NCBI GenBank assembly: GCA_023334545.1
Contig: JAADVB010000187.1
Coordinates: forward strand, 1 to 37,912
Reading direction: 5' to 3'
Origin: Salisapilia sapeloensis CBS 127946
Taxonomy: Eukaryota; Protista; Oomycota
DNA length: 37,912 nucleotides
The translations under genes and the position numbers were made by a program. The notes below the pieces were generated by a model, which was not told where the DNA came from, did not search any database, and was given only the letters and a program-made list of their open reading frames with translations. Shown piece by piece: positions 1 to 11,335 of this stretch (within the stretch, counting starts at the first letter, position 1; each line of letters starts with the position of its first letter).

Positions 1-1
1 C

Positions 2-772
2 GGAGCCTTGAGGGAGCGCGCGGCCTTCCTCCTGGATGAACTCTATGGAAACTTCAGTGCCGTTCCGGAGACGACGATCATGGCGCTAAGTGCGGATGGG
101 AAGGAGCCAAAGATAGGCTCCGTCCAGCGCTTTGTGGTGTCCCAGAGCTCTGCGGAAGACATGGGAACTCTCAAGTTTGCCATCCCAGAGGTGCACAAGA
201 TTGGCATCTTGGACCTCCGTCTGTTCAACACTGACCGTCATGCTGGCAACATTTTACTTTCCGAGGCGGATGGAGCGAGCAAGGAGAACCAGCTTTTCCA
301 GATGACGCCAATCGACCATGGCTTTTGCCTTCCGTCGTACAAGAACCTGGATTGCGCTACTTTCGACTGGCTGAACTGGCCTCAAGCGCAGTACCCCTTC
401 ACCAGTGAAGAGTTGGACCACATTTCCTCGCTCAACCCCGATCGCGACGCGGAAGTCCTCCGTTCGCTCGGCATTGAAGAAGAATGCGTCACGACCATGC
501 GCATCAGTACTCGTTTCCTCCAAATTGGAGCTGACAAGGGCTTTTCGCTTAATGAAATAGCTGCTTGTGTGCAGCGTGAAGGTGATTTTTCGACTCCGTC
601 TATGTTGGAGGATCTAGTGGCTGCTGCTGTATCCAAGGTGAAGGCGGATGGTCTTTCGGAAGAGGATGAAGCTTTCCATGACGCGCTTGTAATGGAGATG
701 GAACAAGCTTCGTGGACGTTGTTTGTGGGTCAGCCACGTAAGAAGGTTCGTAGCGTCAGCTGCTTCACATAG
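2..772 (+). CDS. Type II phosphatidylinositol 4-kinase (PI4K gamma-like), C-terminal part; 5'-truncated by the window edge
   Basis: The frame is open from the window start. Motifs KIGSVQRFV, ILDLRLFNTDRHAGNILL (catalytic loop), PIDHGFCLP and FDWLNWPQA are typical of type II PI4Ks. Stop TAG at 770-772. Confidence 0.9.
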   Translation, partial: GALRERAAFLLDELYGNFSAVPETTIMALSADGKEPKIGSVQRFVVSQSSAEDMGTLKFAIPEVHKIGILDLRLFNTDRHAGNILLSEADGASKENQLFQMTPIDHGFCLPSYKNLDCATFDWLNWPQAQYPFTSEELDHISSLNPDRDAEVLRSLGIEEECVTTMRISTRFLQIGADKGFSLNEIAACVQREGDFSTPSMLEDLVAAAVSKVKADGLSEEDEAFHDALVMEMEQASWTLFVGQPRKKVRSVSCFT

Positions 773-1244
773 CTCGAGTGCATGTGCAGAACAAGTGAAC
801 ATAAGCTTTCTTCGATTGGAGAAGAAAGTCGTAATGGTTATTATGCGAAGAATGGCGTACCGTCGTATCAAGCGGTCGAGTTTTTGATGAATGTACAACA
901 CGTATATCCGTCTTATTTTTTTGCAAGGACAGCGGGAGATAGCTAGTATGCCGATAGACTCGCGTTGTGCTTTATGTAGAAGTAGATCATCTTAAAAACA
1001 AAAATAAAAACAAAAGCTCCTTTGGGGCGAGAATAATTTTGTTTCTTTTCTTCAGTAGACATCTACGAATCCATGGTTAAATGTCTGAAGTCTACTACCT
1101 ACGGAGGCGAAGATAAATGGATGGAAGAGATCTATCTTGAGACGTGGGCTAAATCGTCCGACGAAACATCTGAGGCAGTTTCAGCTTCCAGGACGCACAA
1201 GGCATCTCAAAGCTTAAAACGTATTAGTGGGGCAAAGTTACCAG

Positions 1245-4203
1245 ATGATGTTCGCTCTTTCGAGCAGCGACAGTAACAATAGTGACGCTGATGAAGGAGC
1301 ATCGACTCAAGAAAATGTCCTTCGGCAGCTGAACGTTCGAACTAATGAACTTCAGCCGCCAATGGCGCCTGGTCCACGCAAACTGGACGGGAATAGACCT
1401 CCAGAAATCGTCATTGAAGACACGAATGACGATCCGCATAATTACCTCCTAGCCCCGAATCTTTATGTGGACAGTCCTCGCGTAGCCTTTAGCGGTAATG
1501 GTCATGCTATTAGCAAAGAAGAAGCTAAACGTAGGCGCTGTATTGGAATGTCGACTGTTTGTCTTCTAGTTGCAAGCGTTATCGTGTGCGCTGCCCTGAT
1601 GAAAATGCTGTCCGAGCATGATACTTTTAGGTGAGTACGCATTAAACAACTTGGGTAAGGCACTTGCCTTCGTGTACCGTTGACTACTAATCCACGCTCT
1701 AGAGCACTTCCACCGACGCAGCAACGATTCATGGCAGCGGTCTCTCTTCTAGGTGCTCAAGAAACATTGGAACACTACACAGCGGTAAGTTACCAGTAAT
1801 ACTCGACCGAAATTCAGATCGAATAACTTTTTACTCTTATACTCCAATTCGGACTAGAAACCTCGGCCAGCGGGATCAAAAGGTGACCAAGAGATGGCTG
1901 AATACATACGCGACAAGGCCCTCGAATTCGGCATGAATGAAGATGACATTAAGATGGACGAGTTTGAGGTCATGACAAATATACCCAGTACCATGCTATT
2001 ACAGCTGCACGATGAAAATGGCAGCGTAAAAAAGGAGATTGAGTTAAAGGCAGAACATGCCTCGGTAACGCTCCAGCAGCTATTTAGTATTTCGATTGTA
2101 GGCACTGACTTTTTTGATGACAGACAGAGCCATTCCATCTATACTCCAAAAGTGGGAATGCTACGGGTCCGCTAGTCTATGCTCATTACGGCACCTCGGA
2201 AGACTACAAGTCACTTGATCGTGCTGGTGTTGAAGTGCCTGGGTCCATTGTTATTGTTCGCGAGGGAATAGTATCGCTACCGACCAAGATCTTGTTAGCA
2301 AACAGAGCTGGAGCAGTAGGCATCCTTACGTATAGGTATCACTAGCTTAACAGGTTTTTTACGCTTTGAGATAACTCCAGTTTGGCATAGAGATCAAGGA
2401 ACAGCATCTAACGCTGAATATGCTGACCAAGCTGCTTACGGTAGCGTGTACATGGGTAATGGAGACCCATCGACCCCGAATGGTTTTTCATACACGGACA
2501 TTGACCGTATAACCGTCGATGAGGTATTTTCGGACGACAATTACTACAACCTTATGCCACAAATCCCTTCCATGCCTATGAGTGAAAGCGTTGCAATGCA
2601 ATTGCTAGACTACATCTCGTCAAACCCTAGCGACAGAAGTAGAAGTATAAACGAAATATTTGAAAGTTATGGCAAAGTCAATGGTGCTAGGTCCACTGAC
2701 TTTGCCGCACATGCCACAGGCCCAAGCAAGTTCAACATAGTAATGACGAATACCCAGAGCTATTCGCTCACAAAGACATTGAATGTCATCATCACTATCA
2801 AAGGAACTCGCGAGCCAGATCGGTATGTCATTGTTGGCTCTCCTAGAGACTCGTTTAATGGTGGAGCCACCAGTCCAGGATCTGGTAATGCTGTCTTTGT
2901 TGAAATGCTACGAGCAATGGCAGATCTGCTCACAAATGGTTGGGTGCCACATCGCACTTTGGTCTTCGCTTCATTCGGAGGCGAACAATTTGGTTCCTCC
3001 GGCAGTTCCCAATGGATTGACCGCTACTTTAGTCACTTGGCAGGTCAAGGCGTGGTTTACCTCAACTTGAACGACGTCGTAATTGGTCCTGGACACCTGC
3101 GTTGTGAAGCAGCCGCAGCTTTACGAAAAAACATCTATCTCATGTCAGCACGGGTTGGGAAACCCAAGCAGGACACTAGTAACGGGTTTAGTTTTTGGGT
3201 GACATCGGCAAACGATAAAGAAGAAGAGGGAGAGGACACAAAGTCATTCATTGCTGGAATGGGAACAGGAGAAAAGCTGGATGCAGTTGGGGAGAACTCA
3301 TTCATTGAGGTGGAAAAATCGCTCCAGACGCATAACTTGTCGCTCGACTACAGTAACCTGCCAGAATCTGGAGATTCCATTTATGTAGAGTGGTTAGAAG
3401 GTACAAGAAAAGCAGCTCCATGGGCCAAGCTACCATTAATTAACATTCCTGGTTCAGCCGATAATCGTCTATCACCGTTTCAAGCTCGTCTCGCGATTCC
3501 ATCTTTAAACTTTCACTTTGGTGATGCGGAGATGGATTGGGAAGGTACTTCCAGAGATACTTTGAGCCGTGTGACTGATGATGACGATAATGCAAACTTT
3601 GCATATTATCGTGCTGCAGCCCAGCTTTATGGTAGCGTTATGCTGTCATACAGTAACGCAGTCTTCCTTCCCTACGACTTTGACGAAATCGCAAAAGACT
3701 TGCGAAGAGGTGAAGCGTACTTGAAAATGGCAATTCGTAATGCCAATCGAGTGCATGGCATACCCACGGTACGCTTAAGCAACGCAATTGGAATATTTGA
3801 GCAAGCTGCTGCAGACATTCGTAAGGAAGTGATAGAAGTGTCAGATAAGATGGAGCGTGTCATTAGTGGTGAGCTGGTTATTGACCTCAAACGCGTTCGC
3901 GAGCTCAATACGAGGTTGTTGATGGCCGAAAAGTCTTTCATCCTGCCTGAAGGACTTCCTGCGACGCCTTGGTTGAAACACGTACGTATAAGCCCAGACA
4001 TGCGTAGGGGTTTCTACATATCTTACGTATGATCATAGGTCCTATATGGCATATCAGCATGGGACGATTACCGTGTCGGGTATTTTCCTAGTGTCACTCA
4101 TGAGCTTAAAGACGGAGTTACCTACACGATCAAGAGGGAACTGACCAGAGTTTGTCAGTCCATTGAAGAGGCTGCACATATCTTAACGACGCCATTGCTG
4201 TAG
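1245..4203 (+). CDS. Glutamate carboxypeptidase II / transferrin-receptor-like type II membrane protein (M28B fold: TM, PA domain, peptidase-like domain, TFR dimerisation domain); probably catalytically inactive
   Basis: Spliced model: 1245-1630, 1703-1784, 1858-2064, 2124-2335, 2391-3981, 4039-4203. All junctions are GT-AG and keep the frame. TM helix CIGMSTVCLLVASVIVCAALM; PA domain EPFHLYSKSGNATGPLVYAHYGTSEDY; GSVYMGNGDPSTP; REPDRYVIVGSPRDS; C-terminal ERSF-like EKSFILPEGLP...WLKHVLYG. Confidence 0.88.
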
Positions 4204-4333
4204 ATTTCAGGGCAGAGGTGACTTCGAAGAAAACATAATCAAATAGCAAATACAAAGTAGATATAACAAGAGCTGAAACGGTTCTTTCTCTACGTTGCAA
4301 CTTCATTCACCTTGCTTTCCTACCCGCTAGTCA

Positions 4334-7300
4334 TCATTTGAGATTAGATCGATGCACGATCGTAAAGTGCATCGCAATCAGCGTCTTCAAAGTTTCACTC
4401 GCGATGCTGATGTCGTACTCTTTCTCTTCATCTGTAAGGAAGATGTAGGGCACGAGGCAAGGATGTTTCTTATTCTTATCGTCACGCTGTGGACCGTACG
4501 TCCACCCGTCATCCATGCGTCCCCTCGCCCATACTTCGTGTGCATTCTCCGCTAGTAGATCCACGAGGTGAGTCAATGTTGCAGGTAGCTCCACACTCGA
4601 AGTGTCGATCGGTTTAGGCTGGTACACGTTCTCATCCTCGCCATACACAGTCGAGTACGGAGAGTCCTCCATGATGCTACTGCGTCTGTACTTTAGCGCA
4701 TCACGTCGCATCGACGGCACCTTCTTCGTGTTGCCAACCTTTGGACTCGATCCGCCACCGGAGCTTGGAGTCGACTCACTGTCATCCGACATGGCCGAGT
4801 TGGATCGAGCGAAAGAGTGCTGACTACCCGTTTTACTTTGTTTGGCGATCGAGTAGTTGAGATACAGGATGCATTTGAGCGTTTCCTGAATTGACCGATA
4901 GTCAAAGGACTGCTCATAAGGTGCGAGACGATCGTACGGAACCAAGTTCGGATGCTTCTTCTCTTCGTCACTACGTGAGGCACCCCACGTCCAGCCTTGT
5001 TTCAATCGTTCTCGTGCCCATCCGTCATGCACGTTCTCTGCCATCACTTCTGCAACATATTCTAGCTGTCCTAACGTAATACGACTCGTATCCACTGGTT
5101 TCGGATTGTAGTTATGTCCTTCTTTCTCACGCGAAGGCATGTCGATTAAACAGTTTCGGAAGCGATACATGACTTGCAACGCTTCCTTTCGCACAGCTGC
5201 ACGAGACACAAGACGCTTCTTCCGGTCCTTTCTTAGGTACATGTCTAGCATCCGCGACACTTCATCTAGTCGCAAACTAGTCTGTCCTTCCGCCAGTGCA
5301 TTCTCAAAAAGTAAACGAAGGTGGTACTCGTCTACTAGACGCTTCTTACTATAATTCCACAACTTCATCGCTCGAAGCACACCAGTACGCAATTCTTTCA
5401 AAAAAACACCACCGAGATGAAGTGCCAGAATCTGCCACGGCACACGCAGCTTTTCTCCTCCAATGAGTTCCAGCGCCGAGGCATCACGACTCTCACCATC
5501 ACTCTCCTCAAAGCTTTCCGCAGATGGCAGACGCGTCCATCGTGGTCGCTGGTCTTCTCCAGGCTCCAGCACACGACACTCGACCGATAGTTTGCTATGT
5601 TTGACGACTTCCAGCGTCAAAGCATGCCCCATGACCGTCGTGCCTTGGAGCTGCACTCGGATACCGATGGGTACAATCTCTTTAATCGTCTTATGGTTAA
5701 AGTTTTCCGACAAGGGGATGTGTGGCACCATATTGTCTTGACGGTTCGTGTACTGCGCATCGTGATGCATCTTGCGATCACCAAACTGGATGCGTCGATC
5801 GAACTTCATGCCAAAGCGCAAGAGTGCTAAGATACGCCAGACGGCACCGCGGAAGAGCTTTCGAGCGCGTTGTCGCGTCGCTTCTTTATCCACTAGGTTC
5901 GTTGATATTAATCGGACGTAGTCGCCTGGTTCAAGACGAATCACTTCACTTCGAGGAACGACGACTGTCGGTGAACAGGACTCGAGGTAGTCTCGAATAC
6001 GAGCGAGGACATCGTACTCGACGTCTTCACCAGCCTCATCGCCACCTTTCGCGGACTCATAGTACTCGGACAGGATCGCAACGAACATGTTAACAAGAAT
6101 TTGGAAGACAAGAACGATAAATGTCGAGATGAAAAGAGGCGCGATGCGAGGATTCGCTTGACGAAGGCGAGGGTAGTCGACGTCACCTGCAAGCATCTGG
6201 AAACAAGTCGCGTACGAGTCACTGATGGTCGCGAATTCAGCTAGAGCAAAGCCAAAGGCGTAGCTGCCCATCGCAGCATACCCGACAAAGATGAGATTAA
6301 AGATGACGAGGAAACCCATGAGGTCACGAGATGCAGCGCCGAGGACGCGCCAAATGAGACTAAGCGTTGAGTTCATGCGTAAGAACTTAAAGACTTTCAG
6401 GAGGCACATGGCGGACGAGACGGAAGCCAGGTCTGCAATATGCTGGAAGGTGGTTAAGAGCTCTTGCTTGGTGTCATAGTCCTCTCCACTCGTTTTATGG
6501 CTGTTTAGAACGGCTTCCAAGTGACTAGCGAAACGAAGTGACGCCATGTAGTAGCACACGAGGTCGAAGAGCAAGTACGTCAGCAGCGTCAAGTGTGTTA
6601 GTTCAAAGACGTTCCACATATCTGACTGGAGGTACGTTTCGACGCCCATCGTGACCATGAGAGAAACTTCACCAATGCAATAGGCGATTACAAAGAGCAT
6701 CAGAGCTAGCCACAGCAGCATTCGATAGTCAAAGGAATCAAAAATAGACATCATGCTGTCATGGACTTCATGACCATAGTGCGGTTCTTCTAATCCGACG
6801 ACACGCAAGTGGGAGCTATGTGGAAAGTGCTCTAAATGACCCGACGCATCGATCTTAAAGACATGTGAACCGATTGTAAAGACTCTCGTGACGGGATTCA
6901 AGAGCGTAAAGTCGATAGAGAAGGCTCGCGTTGGCTTCGAGAGCCAAGCGTCTTCCATTAACGTATCGATATTGGTCTGACATAAATCCACTGCGTATCC
7001 TCCTCTGCCAAAGTACTCCACCGGTGTATGGGCGTTAAAGATGGAGTTGTAAGGACGCGTTTGTAAAGGTCCGAGGTCCTCTTCGTAATGATAGGAGCGA
7101 GTGCCATTACCAGCGTATATTATACCTTTCTCTTCGAGTTCAAAAGCGTACGGAGGGTAGCAAGGTTCGTACCAGTCGCCGTAGATCTGACATTTCGTTT
7201 CCTGGACACGCACCTGTCTAAATCGTACGTCTCCTACTCGAATCCACTGTGCGTCTGCCGCACTCTTATGACAGATGCGATCCGCCAGTGTTTCACTAAA

Positions 7301-8313
7301 AGCATACGTGTCTTCGATACTGTTCAACTGACACACACCTTGTTCTCTGCATGTAAGGAACCCGACAACGTCGTTCTGTTCAAAACTGTCCTGTACAGGC
7401 AACCATCCAAGTAAGGAAAAGAAGAGAGAGAGGAAGATGAGGTAGACAAGTAGCTCTTGGTAGAACTGCTGTCGCTTCACTTCCTTGTACTCGGCCGTTA
7501 CACGATTCAATTCGAGCTTCTTCTTTTCCATGTGAATGCCTTTGTAATACTGCTGCGCACTCGGTCCCTTCTGCCACAAGTCCCTTATTCCACGTGCAGC
7601 TCGTTGGCTATTGACTACTTGGGCCGCTACACCAGCAAATCCATCTGAAGTTGCGCTAGTAGAAGTCGGAGACGAGGCGGGGATCGGATCGTCTTCTAAT
7701 CGAATCGCTTCCCACGTCCCAGACTGAGCTGAACGTAGATTCGACTTGACGGATGACGCTACATGCTTTAAACTTGGTGCTCGCATGTAATTTTTTCCTA
7801 ATGTTCTGTCATTAGCATACAAAGAATAAATGGGGATATCAATGGCGTACTTGTAGAAGGACGATAGGGCGTTGACGCAACGGCGTCGTCATCATCTTCT
7901 CCACTAGTGCTTTCCAGACTAGATTTCTGTCGACGTAAAATTGCCGCCGCTGGACGACGCCGCATGCCAGTGACAACGATGCCAGTCGCTCGTCCGAGAG
8001 TTTCGGGAGCTGCGGTCGTTTCTTTCGTCTGCGTGCCTTCATCAATGCTTGAACTGGATGCACCTAGCTCATTCACAGTGCTACCATGGTCTCGTTCCGG
8101 TCGCGGTGGAATGGCAGATGCAGAGCCATTACCCGATGCAACTTGCTCCCGTACTGATTCGTATGATACATCCTCGTCGTCATCGCTCTCGTCATCCTCT
8201 GCAAAAATGATCTCTTGTGCATCCGTCATCCCAAGTTCTTGGGCTTCTGTCGGTTCCACCTCCTTCTCTTCTAAAGCCGCTCGCTCTAATGGAGGTTCTA
8301 AATCATCCTCCAT
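4334..8313 (-). CDS. Polycystin-2 (TRPP)-like cation channel with two C-terminal ryanodine-receptor (RYR) repeats (PKDRR type)
   Basis: The 1162-aa ORF joins in frame to the upstream acidic ORF (8313-7851) through a 53-nt intron at 7850-7798 (GTACGC...GCTAAT...TTAG). PKD2 features: VRFRQVRV, TOP domain GGY...WLSKPTRAFSIDFTLLNP, six TM segments, and pore CFQMLAGDVDY followed by NMFVAILSEYY. Two repeats of the form YxPKP(V/I)DTS...LAENxHxxWARxRxxxGWT(W/Y)G..R.D..KKHP.LVPY. Confidence 0.92.
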
Positions 8314-8623
8314 TTGCCTTCTCTACTACACTACGATTATGACGTAAGTCCGTATGAAGCTACTTCTAACAACTGGACTGATAGAAAATCCAATAGTACA
8401 ACTTCATTTGAAAATTTGTATGGATTCGCAGCAATCCACCTTTACTTGCAAGTAGATGGTCTATGTTCGTGCATGGAAATGACATTAAGCAATTGCACCG
8501 TTACTTTAAGCATAAAAGGGATTTACTTAGTAGATAGAAGATCGGAAGGAAGATGTCGTACTTGTTCATGACAATGGACATAAATTACGTGTCAAACAGA
8601 TAAATTTCGAATATTTCGAATGT

Positions 8624-10443
8624 ATGACTGAAAACTTCGTCGAGATACTTTGGACGACGATCAGTATGGCGCCTTTTCGAGAGTACTTGTGGCCGATTCT
8701 AGCCGTCGCAGGGTCCTTTACAGCGGCTGCACTTGCGTATAGAGCTGCTACAAGGTCTCGTCGCTCGAATACGTCAACAGAGGAGCCACCTGAGAGTACC
8801 AGTGCTCATGCTAGCGGGCAAGGCGAATCAGACGACGAGAGTGAGTACTACGATGAAGAAGTGGACGTCACTGATGCACAGAGGGAGCAATCCATGCTGA
8901 TTGCAGTCAGGCAAGGATCTTTGGTACGTCGTATGTGTATTGTAATGCTATCTGGTGCTTACCACATCGTTTTAGCTGCTGGGCATGTTCGGACTGGTCA
9001 TAATGACTATGGTATTCCTCGTTGCCATGACGATCACATGGGGTAACGAAGACGAAGCTTCAATTACAGATCTACCTATGTTTGCACCAATGATGTGGAT
9101 CGCCGTCGGTGTCTTCTCCGGTACCTCTCATCCTCTTCTTTGCAATTAGCTCGATCTCACTCCTTTTCTAGCTGCCAGTTTGCAAGCATTGAGTCAAGGC
9201 ACTGTTGAGATGGCTACCAGTGTGCCTGTACTTGAAGATAAGAGCGTTTTTCCGAATGACGAAGCTGATTTTGATCTCATCCGACGCAAGTCAAGTGCGT
9301 CCGCTCTGCAATTACCACCACTTTGCCTTTAAACTTACATGCCTGTAGCCAATAAGGGTGGAGATGATACTGCATCGAGTGGCGATGAAGGTTCTTCCAG
9401 TGATGACCTTAGCTCCAATGCCTCCGTTGCTGCTTACGAAGAGGAGCTTGAGATGGGTGATGAAGAAGAGAAGGCAGCTGCTCCCAATTTAGATCTTGAC
9501 GACGTGATTTTGAAAGCCGATGAGCTGTTTGATGAGGAGAAGCATTTGGAATGCTACGAGTTCCTCCAGGCAGTGCTGCCTCGACACCAGAGCTCCGTTG
9601 ATATCGTATGCATCGTGCTGACTCTTTCTCTTTTTCAAAGCGTAACCATCAAATAGTACTGGCGAGTGGCGAGAAGCTGTAGCTTTCGAGTGGAAGAGGT
9701 GAAAGATAAGGGTGAAAAGGAACGACTGTCGTTTGAAGGACTTGAATACGCCCAGAAAGCATACGCATGTGATCCCGAGAGTGCGTTGGCGAATAAATGG
9801 ATGGCTATCTTACAAGGGTAAGCTTTTGTATAAACTTCAAGAAGAGAGCATCAATTAAACGTGTGGATAGTGGAGCTGCCAAGTTTATGGATCTCAAGTC
9901 CAAGATCCGAGGAGCTTACAAAGTTCGCGTATGTTGCGTATGGATAGTCTGCGTGTGCTCTAGTCTAATATCGAGTAGGATTTTGCCATGAAAGCATTGG
10001 AATTGGACCCAACAGATCATGTCGTACCGCACATTCTCGGTCAGTGGTGTCTAGCAGTCGCAGATGTCACTTGGATTGAGAAGCGGACGGCTGCTGCGTT
10101 GTTTGGTACTCCGCCAAGTTCGACGTATGAGGAAGCTCTCACATACTTCCTCCAGACAGGTATTTTATACTGTAACTTACATCTACACAAACACTAACTC
10201 GCTTTATAGAAAGTTTAAAACCGAAGAGTTGGAAGCACAACACATACATGATCGCATTGGTAGCTATTCCCATTCAATGCATATCCTACCGACATACTAA
10301 ATCCAGTATAGACGTATTTCAAGATGAAAAATATGTTGGAAGCGACCAAGTGGGGTCATCAAGCCAAGGAAATACCTATCAAGACACTGGAAGATGAAGT
10401 CTTTGATAGGAAAGCAAGTGAACTCCTCGCTAAGCTCAACTAG
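8624..10443 (+). CDS. Regulator of microtubule dynamics (RMDN/FAM82)-like TPR protein with three predicted N-terminal TM helices
   Basis: Spliced model: exon 1 8624-8923, exon 2 8976-9120, exon 3 from 9172, further exons through 10443. The start may instead be ATG 8666. RMD motifs: YWRVARS, KWMAILQG, ALELDPTDHVVPHILGQWCLAVADVTWIEKRTAAALFGTPPSSTYEEALTYF. The last exon ends KASELLAKLN*. Confidence 0.82.
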
Positions 10444-10563
10444 AACCTCTTCCGAGCACATACTGAGAGCAAGAGTTTGTTAGATTTCCATTTCGTTCGC
10501 TCGCATCTTGTACCTATATCACAGATTGCCACTTTTATATACACATTCGACCAAAGTTCAGCT

Positions 10564-11237
10564 ATGTCCAAGCACAAGCTACTCGTACCTGCGCTCACGC
10601 TCGCTGGAACGGCTCTTGCTGCAGGATCAGCAGCGCTTGCTTACCACTATGGTGTGAAGAAAGGTACGGTTGCAACGTCCTCGACGAAGACGAAGACTCC
10701 GAAGACGGAACGTCGCAAGCATTCGCAAGCGAAGCAAGAGCTGCATCGAGTGGAGACTGCGGAAGATATTACAGCTCCTGCACCCATTGTCGCTCCTATG
10801 CATTCGGTATTTTAAAGTGGATTGCTGTAGATTGATAGAAATGTTCACTTTGGATATATAGTTCCTATCTGTTGCTGGTATCTGTGTGATGGCACTGGCG
10901 GTACTTGCAGCCCTTGTGATGTCGACGATGCATGACAATGACCACATGGCTTTGGAACAATTGAGACTATTGGTCCCGATCGTTGCGATCGCGACGATGA
11001 TGATCGCAGGTAGATGCAACTGTCAAACAATATTTTGGTTTTCGACTTACTCTTTCGATTCTAGTGGGCGTTGGCAGCACAATGTTTTCCAAGCGATCGA
11101 CTGCTCCACAACCGAGAGTCATGTACTCGTCAGTTTTAAAGGAGCCGATTGAAAACGTGGATGAGCCTTCCATTCCAAAGCAAAAGACGGGAATGACGAA
11201 GAAGAAGTCAGCTTCCCGTTGCCCACTTGGTTTCTAA
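10564..11237 (+). CDS. Small orphan membrane protein (about 187 aa, three hydrophobic segments) ending in RCPLGF
   Basis: Exons 10564-10806, 10862-11009 and 11065-11237, joined by two 55-nt GT-AG introns that keep the frame. Hydrophobic segments: LLVPALTLAGTALAAGSAALAY, FLSVAGICVMALAVLAALVM and LLVPIVAIATMMIAVGVG. Confidence 0.65.
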
Positions 11238-11335
11238 CATGCTTCCATGGAGGTTAACCAGCCTACAAGTTGAAGAGAATGGGAGTACAAAATACAGGAT
11301 GGATCTTTGCATGTGGTGTGATAACTTTTTTATTT

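Noticed and set aside
760-772. Possible CaaX prenylation signal at the PI4K C-terminus (VSCFT*)
   Set aside because: The Cys is at position -3, not -4.
2065-2175. Apparent frameshift or pseudogene in the GCPII-like gene (ORF 1894-2175 stops just as PA-domain sequence appears in another frame)
   Set aside because: A 59-nt GT-AG intron (2065-2123, branch CACTGAC plus a T-tract) restores the frame and gives EPFHLYSKSGNATGPLVY.
4352-6479. Numerous antisense or overlapping ORFs of 60-260 aa opposite long genes (also 21737-22231, 24537-25115, 33562-34335)
   Set aside because: These are expected shadows of codon bias in real genes on the other strand, and none shows a protein motif.
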